64,000 nt of DNA, taken from Candidatus Levyibacteriota bacterium (lineage in GTDB: Bacteria; Patescibacteriota; Microgenomatia; Levybacterales; UBA12049). Shown one piece after another: positions 40,064 through 48,887 of the stretch. Below the pieces are notes generated by a model, which was not told the origin of the DNA, did not search any database, and saw nothing but the letters and a program-made list of their open reading frames with translations. The first letter of the stretch is position 1; each line of letters begins with the position of its first letter. The stretch lies in NCBI GenBank assembly GCA_027334565.1, contig DAHWUP010000002.1, forward strand, positions 82,240 to 146,239, given 5' to 3'. The position numbers and the translations under genes are program-made.

Positions 40064-41629
40064 TTATGACTCACTATATCCGGGAAAGAAGTCGGTGATA
40101 ATTCTATTGTTCTCTACTCCGGCATTTCTAAGAGTCGACTTAAAATTCTCAACCATCAGCTGAGGTCCCGAAATATAAAAAATCCTGTTAGGAGAATCCG
40201 GCACTATTTGTTTGATGTTTTGTTCGGTTATATGCCCTCCGACCCCCTGCCAATCCGACGGGATACGACTGGTATCGGTTAAAACAAATATGCTTTTTAC
40301 ACCGTTTAACCTTGCCCTTTCGAATAAATCGGAATAGATGATATCTTCCCTGGTCCGGTTGGCAAAAATCAAAACAATGTCAACCCGCATGTTCCGATCG
40401 ACGATATATTGAATCATGCTCCTAAACGGAGCTATTCCTACTCCTCCGGCGATGAATACTAACGGTTTCTTTAAATCTTTTGGAAGAACAAAATCCCCAG
40501 AAACCTGTGAAGCAATGATCTTTCCTCCCTGATTTAATGAAATAAGTTCTTTTTTATAACTGCTCGGTGGGCTGTAAAATTTAACAATCATCGAAAGTTT
40601 GTTTTCCGTCGGTGAAGAGGAGATACTAAAATATCTTCTGTTCCCCCTTGAATCTTCGTTCTTGTGAGCGAGGGTCCATTCCAAATACTGTCCGGGGATG
40701 AAGGCAAAACCCGGTTCTTTATCAAATATAAATTCGAAGGTATCACGACTTAATTGTATCCTTTGTCTTAAATAAAGTACCATCCTCGACGTCGGACTAA
40801 TAATATAAGAAAAAACATTGCCCAAAACCAATGCCAATTCCGGAGTGAAGGTATATGTCAATCTTAATGAAGGGGTCGCATATAAAAATGCGACCAGATA
40901 GGCAAAATAGTTTCTTTTTTGCCTGGTGTTAGGTGAAGTCAACGGTTCGGTAAACATTACAAACGTAAAGAAAAACAACGCCGAATCCAAAACGTTTAAC
41001 CGCCAAAGCGAAATGACGGAAGTTAAATTCCCCCCCCTTATAAATGAGCCCGCGGCGATGACCACCAAGTACAAAGACAAGAAATTGAATATCATATCTT
41101 CTCTTTGCATTTTCCTTACAATCAAAAGTCCTCCAAAGAAAACGAAAGGGAGCATCACCGGAGTTCCCACCCACCATGTTGCTGAGTGCTCAGGTGAAAG
41201 TAAGGCTATCGCGGCAACGGAAACCGCAGCCGGATTAAAAATATGTCGTTTGTCTATCGTCAAAAGATATTTTGAAGCCATCGCGACTACCGACGCGGCT
41301 ATGATATATGGCAAACTTAAAGGATATTTAACCGGGACAATCAACGCAAGAATCAACGCAGTGATATAGACCGATTCCACATTGGGTACGGCATTAAAAA
41401 ATTTCGCAAAAATATAATTGGAAACAAATCCCGCAATTACCGCTGCAAAGACACTAATCGTGATATCCAAAGGATTATAGCTCAAGATTTTAAGAAAGCT
41501 AAGAATTATGGCCATTACTATCAAAAAAATTAGATAGTACAACGTCAACCTGTACATGGTTATTCTGTTTAAAAAATTATCGATTGTTTTCATAATATTT
41601 TTAATAAACGGTATATTTTTCAAAACCAT
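40064..41629 (-). CDS. fusion protein: RnfD/NqrB-like polytopic membrane domain plus FNR-type FAD/NAD(P)-binding oxidoreductase
   Basis: HIFNPAA and MFTEPLTSPNTRQKRNYFAYLVA (compare RnfD/NqrB FMATDPVTSPvTR..K..YG.L); C-terminal RRYFSISSSP (RxYS FAD motif), GGVGIAPF (NAD(P) motif). Confidence 0.6.
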   Translation of the reverse strand: MVLKNIPFIKNIMKTIDNFLNRITMYRLTLYYLIFLIVMAIILSFLKILSYNPLDITISVFAAVIAGFVSNYIFAKFFNAVPNVESVYITALILALIVPVKYPLSLPYIIAASVVAMASKYLLTIDKRHIFNPAAVSVAAIALLSPEHSATWWVGTPVMLPFVFFGGLLIVRKMQREDMIFNFLSLYLVVIAAGSFIRGGNLTSVISLWRLNVLDSALFFFTFVMFTEPLTSPNTRQKRNYFAYLVAFLYATPSLRLTYTFTPELALVLGNVFSYIISPTSRMVLYLRQRIQLSRDTFEFIFDKEPGFAFIPGQYLEWTLAHKNEDSRGNRRYFSISSSPTENKLSMIVKFYSPPSSYKKELISLNQGGKIIASQVSGDFVLPKDLKKPLVFIAGGVGIAPFRSMIQYIVDRNMRVDIVLIFANRTREDIIYSDLFERARLNGVKSIFVLTDTSRIPSDWQGVGGHITEQNIKQIVPDSPNRIFYISGPQLMVENFKSTLRNAGVENNRIITDFFPGYSES

Positions 41630-42335
41630 CCGTAAATATAGCCTGCTTGTCTTTGGTCACCAGGTAGCCTTCGATATTTTTCAATCCTTGCAAAAATCTT
41701 ATCCCCTTGATGCCCATTGCGAATGTCGCCGTCGCGAATCTGTCCGCGTCATAAATATCGTCGGCAATTACCGTTACCGAAGCAATTTCATTTGCTTTCT
41801 TTTTACCGATCGGATCATAAATATGCTCTCCCCTTTGGTAGTTTCCCGATGTTGCTATACCTTTTTCGGCAAGGTAAACTACTTTAATTATCTCCTTGCG
41901 GTTAAACGGATTCTGTATGCCGACACTCCACTTCTTACCCTTTTGGTTCATACCGTTTGTTTGGATATCTCCGGCTATTTCTACATAAAAATTTTTCAAA
42001 CCCTTTTTGCGTAAGATTTTTGCTCCTTGTGAAATGGCATAACCCTTGACGATGCCGGACGGATCGATTTTTTCCCCGACCTGTATATCAAAATAACCAT
42101 GGGTAACTGTTTTCGTCTCTTCGGATAACCGCAATATTTTTTTCATGATACGGCTTAACTGCAAGGTTTCTTGATTGTTATATCTTGATACTTCGCTGTC
42201 ATTTTTATATGTACTAAAAGTTTTGTCGATATAATGAAAATACGCAAAGACTTCGTTCAGGTCCTCATTCGTTACCTTCTTGTCGCATACCTCTATTATT
42301 ACCGGCATCCCCATTATCGATTTTTGTCTTTTCAT
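41601..42335 (-). CDS. apbE: FAD:protein FMN transferase (ApbE family)
   Basis: SGIVKGYAIS, ATSGNYQRGEH, HIYDPIG motifs. Confidence 0.8.
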   Translation of the reverse strand: MKRQKSIMGMPVIIEVCDKKVTNEDLNEVFAYFHYIDKTFSTYKNDSEVSRYNNQETLQLSRIMKKILRLSEETKTVTHGYFDIQVGEKIDPSGIVKGYAISQGAKILRKKGLKNFYVEIAGDIQTNGMNQKGKKWSVGIQNPFNRKEIIKVVYLAEKGIATSGNYQRGEHIYDPIGKKKANEIASVTVIADDIYDADRFATATFAMGIKGIRFLQGLKNIEGYLVTKDKQAIFTDGFEKYTVY

Positions 42336-42345
42336 ATTTTTTCAA

Positions 42346-42867
42346 TTATTTCGCCTGAGCCAGCGCGTCTGCCAAAGACTGTTGAAAGGCCTGGCTTGAA
42401 GCCGACGCCCCCGAAATTAGGTCGACATTGGCACTTTGCGCCTGAAGGGCTTCCTGCTTTAGATAGGGTAAGGCCTGGCTGTTCACGTACTGGGAAGTCG
42501 GGTTGTCGTTTGGATACTGCAGAAAGACTACATCGGTTAACCTTCCGCCCGAGACTACTGCCTGTACCTGAATATTGCCGTAGAAAGCGTCGGCAACACT
42601 ACCCGTAAAAGTTCCATCCTTATACATTCCGGATGGACTGGGAGTAGGTGTCTGGGTGGGTGCAACAGTGACCTGGGAAACGTTTGGGCCGGTTGCCTGT
42701 TGTGAAGTCCGGGATGGGGTTGGTGTTGAGGTGATTGATTGTATGGGAGTGTTTAATGCTTGGTTTTTTCCTACCACCGGCCTCTCATCTCCCCCGTGCA
42801 ACTGTCTAAATACTACAAGCAAACCGAAAATTGTCAAAACCGATGTAATCTGAAAATATTTTCTCAT
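42346..42867 (-). CDS. membrane-anchored FMN-binding-domain protein (PplA/RnfG/NqrC-like, PF04205), paralog A with PT-rich linker
   Basis: YKDGTFTGSVADAFYGNIQVQAVVSGGRLTDVVFL...DLISGASASS (flavinylation-type SGA[ST] motif). Confidence 0.7.
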   Translation of the reverse strand: MRKYFQITSVLTIFGLLVVFRQLHGGDERPVVGKNQALNTPIQSITSTPTPSRTSQQATGPNVSQVTVAPTQTPTPSPSGMYKDGTFTGSVADAFYGNIQVQAVVSGGRLTDVVFLQYPNDNPTSQYVNSQALPYLKQEALQAQSANVDLISGASASSQAFQQSLADALAQAK

Positions 42868-42929
42868 GAACTTATATTTACGAAATCAGCTTAAAATTGG
42901 TTGAAATAATCTTGTATAAATTTTAGCGA

Positions 42930-43364
42930 TTATTTCGCTTGATTTAAAGCGTCTGTCAACGAAGCAATAAAAGCCGGCGATGAAGCCGACGCCCCGGACA
43001 CAGCATCAATGTTGGCATTTTGCGCCTGAATAGCCTCCTGTTTTAGATAAGGTAGGGCCTGAGAATTGATATACTGCGAAGTCCGGTTATCGTTCGGGTA
43101 TTGCAAAAAAATCACGTCGGTTAATTTACCACCGGCTATTACAGCCTGAACCTGCATATTGCCGTAAAATGCATCTGCGATGCTGCCCGTATAGGTCCCG
43201 TCCTTATATGGACCGGCTGTTACCGAAGCTACGTTGGAAGACCCCGTACCGCTCGCAGAGCTTGAAAAGGTATTCAATAAACTACCCGTGTTTTTCATTT
43301 GTCTGACCAGCACCAAAATGACAAATGCTCCCAAAATCAGCACGCCCCGCAAATATTTTTTCAT
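42930..43364 (-). CDS. membrane-anchored FMN-binding-domain protein, paralog B
   Basis: YKDGTYTGSIADAFYGNMQVQAVIAGGKLTDVIFL...DAVSGASASS. Confidence 0.7.
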   Translation of the reverse strand: MKKYLRGVLILGAFVILVLVRQMKNTGSLLNTFSSSASGTGSSNVASVTAGPYKDGTYTGSIADAFYGNMQVQAVIAGGKLTDVIFLQYPNDNRTSQYINSQALPYLKQEAIQAQNANIDAVSGASASSPAFIASLTDALNQAK

Positions 43365-43413
43365 ATTTTCTAAATTTAAAAGAAGTGGCTTAAAGTTAGC
43401 TGAAGAAATTGAA

Positions 43414-44160
43414 TTAACCTTCTAGTTCTTTGGCCGCGTATCTGTAATTACAAAAATCACAGTCCGGTGAACTTGGAGGTAACTGAGCGCTGTTCAAACA
43501 TTTATAGGCATTTAGGATCTCTTTCTCTACCCATGAATCATCACCGTAGTAAGGAATTATCTTTATATCGAATTCCAGTCTTGCATCAAATCTGTCAATA
43601 TCTGTTCTTCCGTTACAATATACGAAGTATCCCGTTTTGGAAACCGCAAAATCATTTTTTCTGAACAACCATTGATATACTTCCATCTGCCGCTTATAAC
43701 CGATTTGCCAATCCGCATCCAAGTTTACCTCCTCCTCTTTTGAAGTAGACTTATAATCAACAATGATAAATTCTTGCCGCGGATTTATCCAAATGTCGTC
43801 AACCCCGCCGGTAATAACAAAATTGGTATTTTTGTCTTTATAGGTTATACCTTTAAATGGATCCCTCCATTCGTTCAACTTCTCGTGTCGAAGCGGAATG
43901 GCATCGATTCCAAATTTTTTCATCAGGGGATGCTGTTCGCCTTTCTCTCGCAAAATATCAAATTCTTTTTTCAGTAATTTATCTACCGCTGAATTCAATG
44001 AAAACGGAAAACCCGGAGGTTGGGCAACACCTAATTTCCTGTCCATATAAAAACATCTTTGACAATTTAAAAAAAGGTCAAGTTTGGATCGACTTAACCG
44101 AAAGTCTCTGTCTTTTGTATACAAATTTCCTTTTCTTCTAGAATTGTAAAAGCCGGACAT
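43414..44160 (-). CDS. PD-(D/E)xK nuclease, Cas4/RecB-like with Cys cluster
   Basis: GGVDDIW..EFIIVDYKS (D..E.K core); N-terminal CQRC and C-terminal C..CDFC, the typical Cas4 4-Cys arrangement. Confidence 0.55.
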   Translation of the reverse strand: MSGFYNSRRKGNLYTKDRDFRLSRSKLDLFLNCQRCFYMDRKLGVAQPPGFPFSLNSAVDKLLKKEFDILREKGEQHPLMKKFGIDAIPLRHEKLNEWRDPFKGITYKDKNTNFVITGGVDDIWINPRQEFIIVDYKSTSKEEEVNLDADWQIGYKRQMEVYQWLFRKNDFAVSKTGYFVYCNGRTDIDRFDARLEFDIKIIPYYGDDSWVEKEILNAYKCLNSAQLPPSSPDCDFCNYRYAAKELEG

Positions 44161-44164
44161 AAAA

Positions 44165-44905
44165 TTATCCCGATTTATAGCGCCTTCCCGCTCTTTGCCA
44201 GAAGTTTACAAAACCCGCAAATCCACTGCTTTTTCCGTAACCGATAGGGCTTTTTTTCTCTTCAATTTGCAGTTGATCCCGCGCTTCCATCATGTCTGCC
44301 AGTTCTTCGACCATCTCAATATCGTCCGTCGCCTCGGAGAATTCCACAAACTCTTCTTTTATTTTTTTAGCCAAATGCCAAGGCAGCTCCTGATAGGTTA
44401 TTGTTCTAATAGAAAAAGGTATATTTTTAACTTTTAAAACATCGGTCACTTTATCCCTGACCAGCTTCGGAAGATCGGGATGTTCCTGTCCGTCCTCATC
44501 GCTTACCAGGATAATCCCCTTGGTAAAACCGCCATTGGTTATTCTTTTTGCTTTTTGTCTGTTTCTAATCCTTTCCATGGATAGGTTGGGATTTGCTTCA
44601 ATTATCTTTTCCATATCCGCAGAGATTTGTGAAAGACAGTTATCAAGTTCAACTTGGGACCGGTGATTAAACCAAGTTACGACATTCTTCTGAAGCTCTA
44701 CGCAATTTGAACCTAAGTTCGCCAATACTCCGCCTGATTGAGTTTCTGCTACCTGCGCGTTTTCAATATGTACATTATCACCGCTAATTTCCATCTTGTT
44801 TTTCATTTTAGCAGATTTTATAAGAAAATATTGTATTTTAGCCGAGGTAGTGTTAGAATACTTTCTACTTCTGTCCCAAGATTTATGCCGGCACGACATG
44901 AACAA
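44165..44905 (-). CDS. hypothetical protein, C-terminal half possibly MazG-like all-alpha NTP pyrophosphohydrolase (EEFVEF..EELAD); TTG start with SD GGAGGAG, or internal ATG at 44806
   Basis: ExxE...ExxD spacing resembling the MazG motif; 4-nt gap to the nuclease gene. Confidence 0.3.
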   Translation of the reverse strand: MFMSCRHKSWDRSRKYSNTTSAKIQYFLIKSAKMKNKMEISGDNVHIENAQVAETQSGGVLANLGSNCVELQKNVVTWFNHRSQVELDNCLSQISADMEKIIEANPNLSMERIRNRQKAKRITNGGFTKGIILVSDEDGQEHPDLPKLVRDKVTDVLKVKNIPFSIRTITYQELPWHLAKKIKEEFVEFSEATDDIEMVEELADMMEARDQLQIEEKKSPIGYGKSSGFAGFVNFWQRAGRRYKSG

Positions 44906-45256
44906 TTACCCAGTTCTCCTCCGTGGAGACTAAAACCTTTTAGAACGGAGTTTATTCTAAGGTATCCGAGTTGGGAAAGGCTTGAAAACGATATCAAAGC
45001 ACAATACGTAAACGATGCACACATGACGACCATGTTTTCGGAATATAAAGATATGTACCAACTTTTTTACAAAGCGAGAGAGGACGTACTTTTGGGCAAA
45101 GGTTCCGATGCCTTAAACTACTTCCAACGTACCTTCACTATGCCGGACGGACAACTTTATTCCCCCGAGCTTGTTGAAGCTTCCGTTCCAATATTCACAA
45201 CGGTCAGGGACGCGCTTGACGCCAGAAAAGCATCGATGAGAATCAGAACCAGATAA
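44885..45256 (+). CDS. hypothetical protein (124 aa from the first ATG; the ORF extends to a TTG at 44738, antisense to the preceding gene)
   Basis: ORF only; protein-like composition. Confidence 0.3.
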   Translation: MPARHEQLPSSPPWRLKPFRTEFILRYPSWERLENDIKAQYVNDAHMTTMFSEYKDMYQLFYKAREDVLLGKGSDALNYFQRTFTMPDGQLYSPELVEASVPIFTTVRDALDARKASMRIRTR

Positions 45257-45258
45257 AA

Positions 45259-45669
45259 TTAAAGCTTCATTGAAAATCTGACAATTTTTAATTCTTTGCC
45301 TTCGTGGAATTGCAAAGGCACCGGACGGTAACTCGGACTGACTTTTCCTATTCTTCTCATCGCGAAATCATCACTGTCATCGCTGTCGTCGATCAACAAA
45401 CACCCGCTATCCGACACGGCAATAAGCGATTCGGGTCTTATGCCATAGATATCGGCAACCGGATTTTTGGCATCAAAAACAAACAGATACGCCATTTGTC
45501 TGCCGTCTTGCCGTTTGTTGACAATTGCCATTTTTCTTCTATCCGGGGTCGGAGTGATGTAGGCAACCGAACTGACCACAGGGTCTTTTCCTTCTGCCAC
45601 CCGACTTATATCTAATTCCTGAGCTTCGATTCGTAACGACATGACGTAATTATAGAACAAATTCTGCAT
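45259..45669 (-). CDS. hypothetical protein (136 aa) with an acidic DDSDDSDD tract
   Basis: ORF only. Confidence 0.35.
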   Translation of the reverse strand: MQNLFYNYVMSLRIEAQELDISRVAEGKDPVVSSVAYITPTPDRRKMAIVNKRQDGRQMAYLFVFDAKNPVADIYGIRPESLIAVSDSGCLLIDDSDDSDDFAMRRIGKVSPSYRPVPLQFHEGKELKIVRFSMKL

Positions 45670-45726
45670 TTGTCAACTATAGGACTACTACGACTCCCGT
45701 TTTTTGACGTATGTTAGAATGATAAT

Positions 45727-47001
45727 ATGGCATTTATAAAAAACTATCCCGACCTTGCGGTCAACGATAAACGTGAGGTCGTACTCGATCTTATTGAAGA
45801 AGCTTTATCCTCAATTACTCCGCGAAGCGTCATCGAAAAAGAATTTAAGGTCAAAGATAACATTCTTACAATCAGCGGCCATAAATTCAACCTCAATGAG
45901 TACGAAAAAACCTTTATTTTGGGCTTCGGTAAAGGTTCTGCCAAAATCTGCAGACTGATGGAAGACACTCTGGGAATTTATTTGAACGGGGGTTTCGTAA
46001 TCGATGTGAAAACCGAGAGCTTTGAAAAAATCGAATTTTGCCACGGGACACATCCTGTCCCCTCGCAATTAAATATTGACTTCAGCAAAAAGGCGATCGC
46101 AGGCTTAGGTAACTTAAACGAAAGGACACTGGTTTTGGTGGTAATCTGCGGCGGTGGCTCCGTACTTTTCGATGTACCGAACATCGATCTGGACAAACTG
46201 ATAAAAGTTAATAATCGGCTCTTACTCTGCGGCGCAGACATTCGCGAAATAAATACCATCCGAAAACATCTGTCTAAAATCAAAGGCGGGGGTTTGGCAA
46301 AGATATTAAAACCGGCAAAGATCGTTTCATTGGTTTTTTCCGATGTCTTGGGAAACGATTTGTCGATGGTTGCATCCGGTCCGACCGTTTTTGACAATAC
46401 CTCAATTTATGACGCACTCGACATTTATCACAAATACGGCCTTGAAAACTTAGGTATTACGGAAAATGATTTTATTGAAACCCCCAAAGACGAGAATGTT
46501 TTTTTTGGAAATGACGAAATCTTGATGCTAAGCAATCAAACCGCACTTATGGCCATGTTTAAAAAAGCCGGCAAATTAAATATCGACTGCGAAATTTATT
46601 CCGACAAGTTTCAATCCGACGCGGAACTGGCGGGAAAAGCCCTGATCGAAAATACCAAACCCCATTCGATTCTTCTGGCAGGCGGCGAAACGACGCTTAA
46701 CATAACAAATCCAAACGGCAAAGGCGGAAGAAACCAGGTGGTAGTTCTGTCATCACTTTATTATCTAAACGATAAAACCGTGGTTGCTTCTTTTGACTCA
46801 GACGGATGGGACAACGGTCCGGTCGCGGGCGCAATCGGCGATTCGGAAACTCTTGAGAAAGCAAAACATTTAGGACTCAACCCGCAGGAATATCTGGAAA
46901 AAGACAACAGTTTTGTTTTCTTTAAAAATGTCCAGGATGCGATTATTACCGATAGACTAGATAGCAATATTTCTGATTTAATAATAATATATAGAAAATA
47001 A
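45727..47001 (+). CDS. glycerate 2-kinase (MOFRL family, DUF4147 plus MOFRL)
   Basis: LAGGETTLNI..GKGGRNQ; DSDGWDNGPVAGAI. Confidence 0.8.
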   Translation: MAFIKNYPDLAVNDKREVVLDLIEEALSSITPRSVIEKEFKVKDNILTISGHKFNLNEYEKTFILGFGKGSAKICRLMEDTLGIYLNGGFVIDVKTESFEKIEFCHGTHPVPSQLNIDFSKKAIAGLGNLNERTLVLVVICGGGSVLFDVPNIDLDKLIKVNNRLLLCGADIREINTIRKHLSKIKGGGLAKILKPAKIVSLVFSDVLGNDLSMVASGPTVFDNTSIYDALDIYHKYGLENLGITENDFIETPKDENVFFGNDEILMLSNQTALMAMFKKAGKLNIDCEIYSDKFQSDAELAGKALIENTKPHSILLAGGETTLNITNPNGKGGRNQVVVLSSLYYLNDKTVVASFDSDGWDNGPVAGAIGDSETLEKAKHLGLNPQEYLEKDNSFVFFKNVQDAIITDRLDSNISDLIIIYRK

Positions 47002-47003
47002 CT

Positions 47004-47870
47004 ATGGACTCGCCTGCCCTAGAAAACGATAAACTGTTCGATCTTAAACTTAAAGCCAATAGAGCAAGGGAACTGGTCATTGAATCTTTGCTTGAGGCAG
47101 GTTCCGGTCATTCTGCCGGTTCTTTAGGTATGGCCGATATTTTTACCGCGTTTTATTTCCACATTTTACGGCACGACCCCAAAAACCCCGACTGGCCTGA
47201 CAGAGACAGACTGATCTTATCTAACGGACATATTTGCCCGCTAAGATACGCGATGATGGCAATGTCCGGATATTTTCCGGAAGATGAGCTTAAAACTCTT
47301 CGAAAAATCGGCTCAAGACTTCAGGGACACCCCCACCGTATTACACTGCCGGGACTTGAGACCACTTCGGGTCCTCTGGGCGAAGGATTGTCGCAAGCCA
47401 TCGGAATCGCGCTGGCAGCCAAACTTGACAATAAATCATATCAAACCTATGTACTTACGTCCGACGGCGAACATCAAGAAGGTAATACTTGGGAGGCAGT
47501 CCAGTTCGCGGGAAAAATAAGGCTTAACAATATGACCGAAGTTATAGACAGGAACAACATTCAAATCGACGGATTCACCGAAAACATCATGCCGCTTGAA
47601 CCGTTAAAAGAAAAATACTTAAGTTTCGGTTGGGAGGTTTTCGAGGCAAACGGAAACGATATAGCCGCCTTTGTCGAAACTATAAGAAAGGTACGTATGG
47701 TTTACGACAAACCCTCTTGTATTATCGCCCATACTATTCCCGGCAAAGGAGTAACTTTTATGGAAAACGATTATAACTGGCACGGCAAAGCGCCGGACAA
47801 GGATGAAGCCGAAAAAGCACTGAACGAAATTAGAAATTTTCGCGAAAAAATTCTTAGCGATCGCGAATAA
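47004..47870 (+). CDS. tkt: transketolase, N-terminal (TPP pyrophosphate-binding) subunit
   Basis: GSGHSAGSLGMADIF..; SDGEHQEGNTWEA. Confidence 0.9.
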   Translation: MDSPALENDKLFDLKLKANRARELVIESLLEAGSGHSAGSLGMADIFTAFYFHILRHDPKNPDWPDRDRLILSNGHICPLRYAMMAMSGYFPEDELKTLRKIGSRLQGHPHRITLPGLETTSGPLGEGLSQAIGIALAAKLDNKSYQTYVLTSDGEHQEGNTWEAVQFAGKIRLNNMTEVIDRNNIQIDGFTENIMPLEPLKEKYLSFGWEVFEANGNDIAAFVETIRKVRMVYDKPSCIIAHTIPGKGVTFMENDYNWHGKAPDKDEAEKALNEIRNFREKILSDRE

Positions 47871-47879
47871 TATGGATTT

Positions 47880-48866
47880 ATGCTGAACAAAGATTTGAAG
47901 CTGAATGAGAAGCTGTTTGAGCAAAATGTCGAACTAAAACCGGTCCGCGACGGTTTTGGGGAAGCTTTGCTTTATTTGGGCGAAAAAAATCCGGACGTGG
48001 TAGTTTTGACCGCAGACCTTAAAGAAAGCACACGAACCGAAAAATTTGCCGAAAAATTTCCGGAAAGATTTTTCGAGGTAGGTGTGGCCGAACAGAATAT
48101 GGCGGCTATCGCGGCCGGGCTTGGCGTAAGTGGCAAAATACCCTTTATAGCTTCGTATGCGGTATTCTCTCCCGGAAAAAATTGGGAAACTATAAGAACT
48201 ACTATTGTATACAATAAGGCTAATGTTAAAATCGCCGGGCATCATGCGGGAATAATTACAGGAGCAGACGGTGTAACCCATCAGGCAACAGAAGATTTAA
48301 GTATAACCAGATGCTTACCTGGTCTTACGATATTTTCTCCCTGTGATGCGGTTGAAGCTAAAAAGGCGACGATCGAATCGACTAGCATCGACGGCCCGGT
48401 TTACTTAAGACTTTCCCGCGAGAAAACGCCTGTTATTACAACCGACGACACGCCTTTTGATATAAACAAAATCCAGTTGTTTTGGTCAAGTGAAGATCCG
48501 AAAGTAACAATTTTTGCCACCGGACATATGCTTTACTATGCACTTTTGGCGGCAAAAAACTTGGAAGCCGAAGGTATAAATGTTCTGGTTGCCAACGTCT
48601 CGACCATTAAACCCGAAGACGCGACTACTATTGTCGATTTGTCTAAAAAAACCGGGAAAGTAGTTTCGGTCGAAGATCACCAGGTAAAAGGAGGCTTGGG
48701 GTCGCTGATAGCGGAGGTACTGGCAAAAAATACACCGATGCCGATGGAATTCGTCGGCCTTCAAGACACTTTTGCCGAATCCGGAGAACCTAAAGAGTTG
48801 ATCGTTAAATATAACATGGACGAAAAGGCTATAGGTGAGGCCGCAAAAAAGGTTATTGGAAGATAG
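47880..48866 (+). CDS. tkt: transketolase, C-terminal (pyrimidine-binding) subunit
   Basis: FFEVGVAEQNMAAIAAGL.., C-terminal domain; split-tkt arrangement. Confidence 0.9.
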   Translation: MLNKDLKLNEKLFEQNVELKPVRDGFGEALLYLGEKNPDVVVLTADLKESTRTEKFAEKFPERFFEVGVAEQNMAAIAAGLGVSGKIPFIASYAVFSPGKNWETIRTTIVYNKANVKIAGHHAGIITGADGVTHQATEDLSITRCLPGLTIFSPCDAVEAKKATIESTSIDGPVYLRLSREKTPVITTDDTPFDINKIQLFWSSEDPKVTIFATGHMLYYALLAAKNLEAEGINVLVANVSTIKPEDATTIVDLSKKTGKVVSVEDHQVKGGLGSLIAEVLAKNTPMPMEFVGLQDTFAESGEPKELIVKYNMDEKAIGEAAKKVIGR

Positions 48867-48887
48867 TCTCACACTATTCTTTGAGAG

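Larger units (their letters stand above)
42346..43364 (-). repeat. tandem gene duplication (two FMN-binding-domain genes, about 75% nt identity across the domain)
   Basis: Aligned nt blocks 42360-42600 versus 42950-43200. Confidence 0.6.
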
